Shown: positions 10,062 to 17,662, counted from the first letter of the stretch. The stretch is DNA of 19,092 nt from Promethearchaeota archaeon (GCA_048941265.1 JBHLNT010000036.1:11253-30344), one strand, 5' to 3'. Numbers and translations are program-made. Notes: generated from the sequence alone by a model not told the origin.

Positions 10062-11300
10062 ATGGAGAGCATATTTTCAAATTTAACAGAAGAAGAGTTG
10101 AATTGGAAGGCTGAAATTGATGAATATTTAAAAAACAACTTAGCACCTTATATAAATGATATAGAACAAGGTAAAACGGATATTTGGGATGTGATAAGGC
10201 CCTTTGGAAAAAGAGGACTTATTGGTATATCTTTCCCGAAGCGTTTTGGTGGATTAAGTGGTTCATATATGCAGGAATTACTTTTTTCAGAACAAGTTTG
10301 TTATTATAGCCTTCCAGTCGATATGAGTCGCCTTTCCAGCACATATCCTGCTAATTTGATAAGGATTTTTGGAAAAACAAGAACCTTAAAGCAATATATA
10401 AGTCCACTTATGAAAGGAGAAAAAATTGGGTGTTTTTGTTTTACCGAACCCGATGCAGGAAGTGACTTATCAAGAATGAAAACTGTTGCAAAATATGATG
10501 CGGTTAATGAAGAATATATTTTAAACGGCGAAAAGAGGTTTATAACAAATGGAAGCGTTGCTGATATTCTTGTGGTATATGCCAGGAACGGTGGTTTTAT
10601 TGTGCAGTCTGATTGGGAGGGATTTGAAGTTATTGAAGAATATAAAATGATGGGACTTCATGGGCTACATTTAGGACATATAAAATTTAACGATGTTAGA
10701 GTTCCTACGGAAAATTCGCTCTTCTACAAAGAAATAAGAGAGGAGCCTGGCGAGAGGAGATTGGGAAAAACCGCAGCAATAGCAAGCCTTCAAAACTTTT
10801 TAGGACCTGAAAGAGCTATATTAGCTGCCCAAGCGTTAGGAGTGGCTAAAAGAGCATTAGAAGTCGCCATTCAATATACGCAAGAGAGAGTACAATTTAA
10901 AAAACCAATTTCTGAGTTCGAGGGGATAAGCTTTAAAATTGCTGAAATGATGACCTATTATGAAGCGGGAAGAGCCTTGGTTGAGAGGTCAGTAAAAAAT
11001 ATTGAAGATGGTCATTTTGCCGCGATGGCAAAATTATTTGCCTGTCAAGCAGCCTATAAAATATGTGATGATGCACTTCAATGTTTAGGAGGAATTGGTT
11101 ACACTAATAAATATCCAGTAGAAAGATGTCTAAGAGATGTTCGTCTTTTACGTATAGGGGGCGGGACTGATGAAATTATGAAATATGTCATTCAAAAAGG
11201 TATTTATCGAAAATCTGAAACATTTCAACAAGCAGTCTCAGATATGCCAAAATCTGCTTTTTTTAGTGCTTCTGATGAATCCCAGGAATTAGAGGATTAA
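10062..11300 (+). CDS. Acyl-CoA dehydrogenase
   Basis: FCFTEPDAGSD, LNGEKRFITNG, RVQFKKPI, LGGIGY, RDVRLLRIGGGTDEI. Start moved to ATG 10062 because the upstream 35 codons look like AT-rich intergenic sequence. Confidence 0.93.
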   Translation: MESIFSNLTEEELNWKAEIDEYLKNNLAPYINDIEQGKTDIWDVIRPFGKRGLIGISFPKRFGGLSGSYMQELLFSEQVCYYSLPVDMSRLSSTYPANLIRIFGKTRTLKQYISPLMKGEKIGCFCFTEPDAGSDLSRMKTVAKYDAVNEEYILNGEKRFITNGSVADILVVYARNGGFIVQSDWEGFEVIEEYKMMGLHGLHLGHIKFNDVRVPTENSLFYKEIREEPGERRLGKTAAIASLQNFLGPERAILAAQALGVAKRALEVAIQYTQERVQFKKPISEFEGISFKIAEMMTYYEAGRALVERSVKNIEDGHFAAMAKLFACQAAYKICDDALQCLGGIGYTNKYPVERCLRDVRLLRIGGGTDEIMKYVIQKGIYRKSETFQQAVSDMPKSAFFSASDESQELED

Positions 11301-11380
11301 TATTAAATTCAATACTATTTTCATTTTCTTAATATAATTACTAGATTTTTTTAAATATCCCAATTGAGAAATATATAATA

Positions 11381-11974
11381 ATGAATAAAAATTCTAATGG
11401 AGAAGAAAAACCAAGATTGCCCCCCGGGCAACATTTAACCGATCGCTTTCCAGTTCTTCAAAAGGGGAAAAAACCTCATATAGAGAGAGAAAATTATGTC
11501 TTAACAATTGAAGGGGAAATACAAAATCCTAAAAAATTTACACTTCAAGAGCTTATTAATCTCCAAGATAATGAAATAATTGTTGATATTCACTGTGTTA
11601 CCTCTTGGAGTAAATATGACACAAAATGGGGAGGAATTTCTTTTAAAAAACTTTTTGAGATTATTAAACCTAAGGAAACCGCAAAATATGTCGAATTCTT
11701 ATGTGCAGATGATAATTTCACAACCACCGTCCCTATAGAAAGATTAAAAGAATATAATACCATATTAGCATTAACTTATGAAGGCAGTCCCATTAATGAT
11801 GATCATGGCGGTCCAGTGCGACCCATTATTCCAAATTTATACTTCTACAAATCTGCAAAATGGGTACAAACAATAACCTTCCTTAAAGAGGATAAATTAG
11901 GGTATTGGGAAAGAGCAGGGTATTCAAATAAAGCGGATCCTTGGAAAGAACAAAGATATAGCTACCATGATTAA
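11381..11974 (+). CDS. Sulfite oxidase-like molybdopterin-dependent oxidoreductase (YuiH-like)
   Basis: RLPPGQ, DIHCVTSWS (Mo-ligating Cys), HGGPVR, YFYKSAKWV, GYWERAGY, DPWKEQRY. Confidence 0.9.
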   Translation: MNKNSNGEEKPRLPPGQHLTDRFPVLQKGKKPHIERENYVLTIEGEIQNPKKFTLQELINLQDNEIIVDIHCVTSWSKYDTKWGGISFKKLFEIIKPKETAKYVEFLCADDNFTTTVPIERLKEYNTILALTYEGSPINDDHGGPVRPIIPNLYFYKSAKWVQTITFLKEDKLGYWERAGYSNKADPWKEQRYSYHD

Positions 11975-12118
11975 AATTTATTTCATAAAATATATAATTA
12001 TATTAATTCTTTAATATTCATCCTTATTTTGATATTATCTTCATATTATTACATTTAATGAGTGGTTTTGTTATACCTTTACTTATTAGAATAATCACTA
12101 AAATTATGTGAATTTTAA

Positions 12119-12454
12119 TTGGAAAAGTTAATTAAACAGTCGGATGTTAATTATTTTCTCTCCGAGATAGAGCAGATTTTTCCTAATTTTGTTGCCGGCG
12201 TGCTATGTGATCATCATGGATTCCCAATCGCATCTAGAATTCCTCAAAATTTTCATATTCAAGAAAATGTATTAGCATTATCGGCTATTTCAAATAAAAG
12301 AGACTTTATTAAAGAGAAAAGTTATTTAAAAATTAAAAGCGACATAGATACATCAAAAGATATAAAATTGCTTTTATTATTGGAAAAACCTAATAATAAT
12401 ATGAATTGTTACAAAAGATTAAAGAAATTTATCAAAACTCAGAGTCTTTTTTGA
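12119..12454 (+). CDS. Small hypothetical protein, probable divergent Roadblock/longin-like fold
   Basis: Helix followed by FVAGVLCDHHGFPIAS, resembling the Roadblock/MglB beta-hairpin. TTG start; adjacent to a clearer Roadblock gene. Confidence 0.55.
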   Translation: MEKLIKQSDVNYFLSEIEQIFPNFVAGVLCDHHGFPIASRIPQNFHIQENVLALSAISNKRDFIKEKSYLKIKSDIDTSKDIKLLLLLEKPNNNMNCYKRLKKFIKTQSLF

Positions 12455-12648
12455 GCTATAATAAATTTATGGTCAAAAAATCGAATTTTTTTTTCGCGTC
12501 ATTCAAATGAAAAAGAAGGGAAGATTGTGGATTTATAAACTATTACTTTATTTATATAAATAATATATTATTTATAGGAATAACAATTAAAAATTTCTCC
12601 CAATAATAAAAAATATAATCGAAAAACAGTAATTAGGTTGACAGTATT

Positions 12649-13119
12649 TTGAACTATTCTCAAGATGAGGCTATTTTAAAGAAAATACTCACAAATATCA
12701 TAAATAGTACGGCGGGATTAAAACACGCAATTATTATTGATGATACTGGTCTAACCATCTTAAGTCAATCTAAATTTAGTTTTTCTGCAGATCAAGACAT
12801 TTCTGTTGAAAAAATTGGAGCTATAGGGGGAGCTGTGTTTACTGCCGGAGAAGAGCAAGGATTAATTTTAGGATATGGAAATATTAAAACTCAAATTACG
12901 GAATATGATAAAGGTTTAATATTTTCTGTGAAAACTGGCAATGGTGTACTATGTTTAGCAACTGATCTAAACGTCCAAATCGGTTTTGTGCGTGCTCTCA
13001 TAAAGAAATGGGCTCCAAAAATCGCAACCGTTTTAGAAAGATATTTAAAAAGCAGCGATCAAGAAGCAATTAGCGATGAGCTAAAAGAACTATTTAGCCC
13101 AGATACAATTGGCTACTAA
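12649..13119 (+). CDS. Roadblock/LC7 (MglB/LAMTOR-like) domain protein
   Basis: GLKHAIIIDDTGLTILS, EKIGAIGGAVFTAGE, ITEYDKGLIF, NVQIGFVR; TTG start. Confidence 0.8.
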   Translation: MNYSQDEAILKKILTNIINSTAGLKHAIIIDDTGLTILSQSKFSFSADQDISVEKIGAIGGAVFTAGEEQGLILGYGNIKTQITEYDKGLIFSVKTGNGVLCLATDLNVQIGFVRALIKKWAPKIATVLERYLKSSDQEAISDELKELFSPDTIGY

Positions 13120-13154
13120 AATTATTAATAATAAAGATTAATAAAATTCAGCAT

Positions 13155-13464
13155 TATTGTTGCCTAAAGCACTAACTCTTTCTTCTCATTTTAAGGAAGT
13201 TCCGTTAAGATCGAATAAGTTCTCTCGTGTTAGGCGTTAATTTCATGCCTTTTTGGGAACATAATCATATCTGCGCCCTGGGTACTGGCTTCCACTTCAT
13301 CGCTATGATATTTATCATCACTTAGTTAAGAGCCCATTTTATGCGCAGTTTTTTACTTGCTGATTATTAAACTCTGGATGTTTGCGCTGCTTTGCACACA
13401 TACTCATCTTCGATCATATATGCCCTCGAAGCGCAGTTATTCCATCATCATTTTCCCAATAATG
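13155..13464 (-). ncRNA. Putative three-hairpin box H/ACA pseudouridylation guide RNA
   Basis: Hairpin 1 13435-13383 then aACA; hairpin 2 13348-13271 then AUAUGA; hairpin 3 13235-13162 then aACA. Each has a perfect 6-bp basal stem, an internal pocket and apical GA/GA K-turn or K-loop candidates. G-U pairs work only on the minus strand. Ends are approximate. Confidence 0.75.
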
Positions 13465-13496
13465 AGTATAGAAAAAGAATGTAAAAAATTTTGTGA

Positions 13497-13512
13497 TTTT
13501 ATAATTTTTGTT
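13497..13512 (-). promoter_or_regulatory. Candidate BRE/TATA promoter for the ncRNA
   Basis: Minus strand aacaaaaa-TTATAAAA would put a start site near 13470, just 5' of the structured region. The AT-rich background weakens this. Confidence 0.4.
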
Positions 13513-13610
13513 TGTTATTATGAATTAATTTTAAATAAATAACTATCCTTTTTTTATTTTAATGTAAATCCAATATAATGTAAAGTAATTTAAAAAAAGG
13601 TGATATATTC

Positions 13611-14702
13611 ATGTCCGAAAAAATATGGTCTAAGCTGATACAACTAATTGGAAAGGCAGGACTAACTTTACCTGTTAGCGATACTCTCATTGAAATATTA
13701 CAAACTATAATAACTGAGGAACAAGCAAAGTTTCTTCAAGTTTTTAAGAAACCCTCCCTAACTATTGATCGAATAAAACAAAAAACAGACTTGGACGGAC
13801 CAGTATTAGAAAATATGCTAAAAGATCTGATGCATGAAGGTATTATTGCTAATTTTCTCAATGAAAACACTGGAATCATGGAATATAACCTTATGCCCTT
13901 TATGCCGGGAATATTTGAGCATGTATTAATGCGCGGTGGTACAAGTGAAAAAGAGAAAAAGTTAGCAAGATTATTCGAGAAATTATTTGATGAATTGAAG
14001 GATTTAATTCAAAATAATTATGATATCTTTATACCCCAATTTAAAAACGCTTCACCCGGAACTCATATTGTCCCCGTTGAGGAACAAGTTGAGGTACAAC
14101 AACAAGTAGTCTTACCTTACGAAGAAATAACGAAAATTTTAGAAAAATATGATACATTCGGTCTTGCAATATGTTATTGTAGACATAAACAGGATCTTAT
14201 TAATAATCCTTGTAAATTAGATGCTCCAAAAGAAAATTGCGTAATTGTTGGTAGTTATGCTAAATTTCTAATAGAACAAGAGTTCATTAAGCCGATCTCA
14301 AAAGAAGAGGCATTAAAAACTCTCAAAGAAGCTGAGGAATTTGGACTTGTTCACACAGCATTTCACCAAACTGATGATCCAGAATATAACGAACTTGGTA
14401 TCTGCAGTTGCTGTAAATGTTGCTGTGGTACATTAGAATTGTATCATCGCGGATTAGCGGCAATGAACACATTAACTTCCTATTTAGCAAAAGTGAATGA
14501 AGAGACGTGCGTAGGATGCGGTACATGTGTTGAAAAATGTCCGATGGAAGCGATTGAATTAAATAACATTGCCATTGTAAATGAAGATAGATGCATTGGA
14601 TGCGGAATTTGTGCCCATCACTGCCCCGAAGAATCAATGACATTAAACAGAACAGGTCTTAGAAAGGTTTTTGTCCCGCCACCACGACTAATAAGTGTAT
14701 AA
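13611..14702 (+). CDS. Cys-rich 4Fe-4S dicluster-domain protein
   Basis: N-terminal wHTH-like region, CYCR, ICSCCKCCCG and a C-terminal ferredoxin CVGCGTCVEKCP / CIGCGICAHHCP; GGTGA Shine-Dalgarno at 13599-13603. Confidence 0.88.
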   Translation: MSEKIWSKLIQLIGKAGLTLPVSDTLIEILQTIITEEQAKFLQVFKKPSLTIDRIKQKTDLDGPVLENMLKDLMHEGIIANFLNENTGIMEYNLMPFMPGIFEHVLMRGGTSEKEKKLARLFEKLFDELKDLIQNNYDIFIPQFKNASPGTHIVPVEEQVEVQQQVVLPYEEITKILEKYDTFGLAICYCRHKQDLINNPCKLDAPKENCVIVGSYAKFLIEQEFIKPISKEEALKTLKEAEEFGLVHTAFHQTDDPEYNELGICSCCKCCCGTLELYHRGLAAMNTLTSYLAKVNEETCVGCGTCVEKCPMEAIELNNIAIVNEDRCIGCGICAHHCPEESMTLNRTGLRKVFVPPPRLISV

Positions 14703-14809
14703 ATTTAAATGTAATTCTAAATCTATCTATATTTTTTTTAATAATATTTAAAAAAGCAAAAGCAAATTGAAGATATAAATCTTTTTTATTTCTATTTAAG
14801 CAAATTTTT

Positions 14810-15586
14810 TCAGAAGATCAATTGTTTCTGGATATGATTATGATTTTGAATTAAATCCCTAATCTCATCATAGGACCCCATAAGTTCTTTAATATTAGGA
14901 CGATTCAATCCCTCTTTAGGATTTCCTTCAAATATTCCCCTTCCTTCGTTTAAAACTAGCATTTTATCAGCCCAATGTTCCACAAAGAATAAATTGTGAG
15001 AAGTGAATAAAATTGTCATATGTTCTTCTTTTCGTAATCTTTCTATTATCTCGAGATGATTAATAATTGATTTAAAATCAAGATTAGCGAAGGGTTCATC
15101 CAATATCAATAATTTTGGCTTCATAACAAGCAATCCTGCCAAACAAGCTCTTTTTTTTTGGCCCCATGAAAGATTAAAGGGAGAGAAATCTTTAAACTCT
15201 ACCAAGTCCACTGCTTCTAATGCCCATTTAACACGTCTTCTCACTTCTTCTTGATCAAGTTTTAGATTCCTTGCTCCAAAACCCACATCTTCTTCGATGG
15301 TTGGTGCAAAAAGTTGATCATCAGGATTTTGAAATAAAAATCCGATATTTTGTCTGATTTGCCACAAGTCTTTCTTTTTTCTGGTAAGAGTGTTATCAAA
15401 GATTTTAATTTTACCAGATTTAGGTTTTAATAAACCAACCAATAATCTTAATAATGTGGTTTTACCAGCCCCATTATTTCCGGTTAAGGCATATTTAGAA
15501 TTCTCTTCAATAGTGAAAGATAAATCTTCAATACTAAACTTAGAATTGTATTGAAAATTTAAATCCTTTACTTCTACAGCAAAAAT
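14810..15586 (-). CDS. ecfA: ECF transporter ATPase (EcfA/CbiO), probable ATT start
   Basis: Walker A LTGNNGAGKTT lies in frame upstream of the track's TTG (15442); Q-loop FQNPDDQLFAPT, signature LSWGQKKR, Walker B LLILDEP. GGAGGT at 15601-15596 precedes ATT ATT (15589, 15586). Confidence 0.9.
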   Translation of the reverse strand: MFAVEVKDLNFQYNSKFSIEDLSFTIEENSKYALTGNNGAGKTTLLRLLVGLLKPKSGKIKIFDNTLTRKKKDLWQIRQNIGFLFQNPDDQLFAPTIEEDVGFGARNLKLDQEEVRRRVKWALEAVDLVEFKDFSPFNLSWGQKKRACLAGLLVMKPKLLILDEPFANLDFKSIINHLEIIERLRKEEHMTILFTSHNLFFVEHWADKMLVLNEGRGIFEGNPKEGLNRPNIKELMGSYDEIRDLIQNHNHIQKQLIF

Positions 15587-16377
15587 AATTTGAAAACCTC
15601 CATATAAATATGTTCTAAATTCAAAAAATAAATGATATATACACTAATGAGTATGAATATCAACAAAATTATGAAGTCATAAACTTTTATCTTTCTCGGT
15701 GCAAAGGTTAATTCCCCCGAAAAACCCCTCATTTTCAGACTCTCATATAAATGTTCACTGCGTTCCATATTTGTCACTAAACTCTTTCCCATGATAAATG
15801 CATGTACTTTTAATCTTTGCCAATAACTTGTTATCTTTTTTCCCCGCAATTCTTGAGCCTCAAGTATCTTTTTATTTGACGTGGCAATTATTGGTATATA
15901 ATGTAACATAATAATGAAACTCCCCACAAAAAATATTGGTAGTTTTAACGAAGTAAGCGCCTCAATAAATTCTGAATATGTTAAAGATGAAAAAAATGAC
16001 ATAAAGATAAAAGTAGCACTAAAAATTCTCACAAAAAGGAAAAAGGCTCTGAAAAGTCCCTCTTCATAGATATTTATTGTTAATCCTATGTTAATCTGAT
16101 AAATAATGTTTTCTCCTATATACAAAGGTAAAAAAATAGTTATTATCAATATAAAAGGAATAACATTTTTTAGCCTCTTTAAAATCCTTAAGAGATTTAA
16201 GCGAGTAATTAAAATAAATAGTAATGTCAGCAAGAAATAGCTATAAATTAGAAAAATATTTTCAATAAGGAGAAATGGAACGACGAAAATGAAGGGTAAT
16301 CCTAATCTGACTACAGGATGGATTTTATTCAATAAAGTTTTTTCATCCTCATGCCTAAAAGGCAAAATTGACTCCAA
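15574..16377 (-). CDS. ecfT: ECF transporter transmembrane subunit (EcfT/CbiQ)
   Basis: Hydrophobic; LLNKIHP, and conserved Arg motifs AQELRG and SLKMRGF. TTG start; overlaps the ecfA start. Confidence 0.88.
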   Translation of the reverse strand: MESILPFRHEDEKTLLNKIHPVVRLGLPFIFVVPFLLIENIFLIYSYFLLTLLFILITRLNLLRILKRLKNVIPFILIITIFLPLYIGENIIYQINIGLTINIYEEGLFRAFFLFVRIFSATFIFMSFFSSLTYSEFIEALTSLKLPIFFVGSFIIMLHYIPIIATSNKKILEAQELRGKKITSYWQRLKVHAFIMGKSLVTNMERSEHLYESLKMRGFSGELTFAPRKIKVYDFIILLIFILISVYIIYFLNLEHIYMEVFKLFLL

Positions 16378-16691
16378 CTTGCTATTTCTCTAAATATTTG
16401 TAAGATTTTTGAATTTTAATAGTTTGTATAAAATTATAACATAAAGTAATACTCGTATCTAAAATAATAATATTAGAATCATTTAAATTATTTTCATTTA
16501 TAAAATAAAGTTCTAATACTAATTCTGAAGAAAATAATGAATTGGTTCAAACAAATTACATAATTTTTAACGAGTTCCATAGTATTAATTTTATCTTAAC
16601 CTATTCGTACCTAAGACTTAAGCTTAAATAAAAAAAAAATAAAAAAATTAGTAATTAGAAATAAAAAAGATTTTGATTAATTTTAAATTAT

Positions 16692-17519
16692 TTACTCTAC
16701 AATGGCATAAGCATTTCCTAGGACTACGGTGTTATCCTTTCGAACTTGAATTATATAACGTCCGTTATCTTTCCAGCCTTCAGTGATAAGGGTCTCTCCA
16801 GGAAATACGACTCCTTGAAATCTTGCGCTAAATTCTTTAAAACGAGAAACATCCCCATCACATAGCCCATATACAATAGCACGTGTAGCAATCCCGTACG
16901 TACACAATCCATGAAGAATTGGTTTTGGTTGACCTGCCATTTTAGCAAATTTCGGATCGATATGTAGTGGATTAAAATCTCCATTAAGTCTATAAAAAGC
17001 TGCTTGATTTTTATTGGTCTGAAAAGAAATGCTAAAATCTGGTTCTATACCCTCAGGAGGAATAATAGGCACGGTTTTGGGTCCTGGGTCTCCTCCGAAA
17101 CCTCCTGAGCCACCAACGAAAAAGACATATTTTGTATCAAATATCTGCTCATCTTTTGACGAATATCCAGATATTTTCGTATGTATAACGGCGGCTTTAC
17201 CTTTATCGTATATATGTTCTATAACACCTTTAGTTTTTATTGTACCCTTTGGTTTAAAAGGTTCATAAAGACGGATTAATTGCTCCCCGTGTAATAATCG
17301 GACAAAATCAGTTCCTTTTGGGAAAAGCAGTCCGCTACCCGCTACGATCGTGGCGAAACTCGGAAATACTTTCATACCCCCTTGTACATTTTCATATACA
17401 AAGGGTAAATCTTCTGCTTGGGCACCAATTCCTAAATTATATAAGGCACACGTTTTCCAATCATATTTAAATGTTCCTTCTCTTGTATCTCCTACTGAAT
17501 TTATATCTATTGGCGACAT
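16692..17519 (-). CDS. Double-hotdog (R)-specific enoyl-CoA hydratase (MaoC / MFE-2 hydratase-like)
   Basis: LYNLGIGA, LLHGEQ, hydratase-2 motif YRLNGDFNPLHIDP, ILHGLCTYG, VFPGETL. ATG 17519 preferred over TTG 17528. Confidence 0.9.
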   Translation of the reverse strand: MSPIDINSVGDTREGTFKYDWKTCALYNLGIGAQAEDLPFVYENVQGGMKVFPSFATIVAGSGLLFPKGTDFVRLLHGEQLIRLYEPFKPKGTIKTKGVIEHIYDKGKAAVIHTKISGYSSKDEQIFDTKYVFFVGGSGGFGGDPGPKTVPIIPPEGIEPDFSISFQTNKNQAAFYRLNGDFNPLHIDPKFAKMAGQPKPILHGLCTYGIATRAIVYGLCDGDVSRFKEFSARFQGVVFPGETLITEGWKDNGRYIIQVRKDNTVVLGNAYAIVE

Positions 17520-17662
17520 TATAATCAACTTATTTTTTTTATAATAAAAGACGAATACTCTTTTTAGAATTTAATATAATAAATTATATTCTATTCAATA
17601 AAAAAATATCATCATTATGATAAGATTTTTGCATTCTAAACCTTTTTAATACCAAGAGCTTT

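Noticed and set aside
13194-13204. AGGAAGTTCCG on the plus strand resembles RNase P RNA CR-I, and the ~310 nt size fits RNase P or SRP RNA
   Set aside because: No CR-V (ACAGAA-type) partner or P3 hairpin and no SRP helix-8 motif; G-U pairs favour the minus strand.
13263-13277. 15-nt exact match AATCATATCTGCGCC shared with ahcY (1703-1717)
   Set aside because: One match of this length is plausible by chance in 19 kb, and both transcripts are on the minus strand, so it gives no antisense pairing.
13380-13470. Possible selenoprotein or SECIS (minus-strand frame ...LRGHI-TGA-SKM... and AUGA/GA hairpins)
   Set aside because: No start or selenoprotein-like context, and the GA/GA motifs lack the 11-13 bp SECIS upper helix; K-loops of H/ACA hairpins explain them better.
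13357-13542. 61-aa plus-strand ORF in the track
   Set aside because: No recognisable motif or SD; antisense to the structured RNA.
1735-17544. Shadow ORFs 1735-1932, 4798-5112, 5667-5897, 7357-7575, 9172-9453, 9290-9655, 14323-14643, 16751-16984, 17029-17268 and 17350-17544
   Set aside because: All lie within or almost entirely overlap well-supported genes (antisense or alternate frame) and show no motifs.
17609-17615. Box C-like ATGATGA on the minus strand between the GHMP kinase and the hydratase
   Set aside because: No CTGA D box at a suitable distance and no guide-like sequence.
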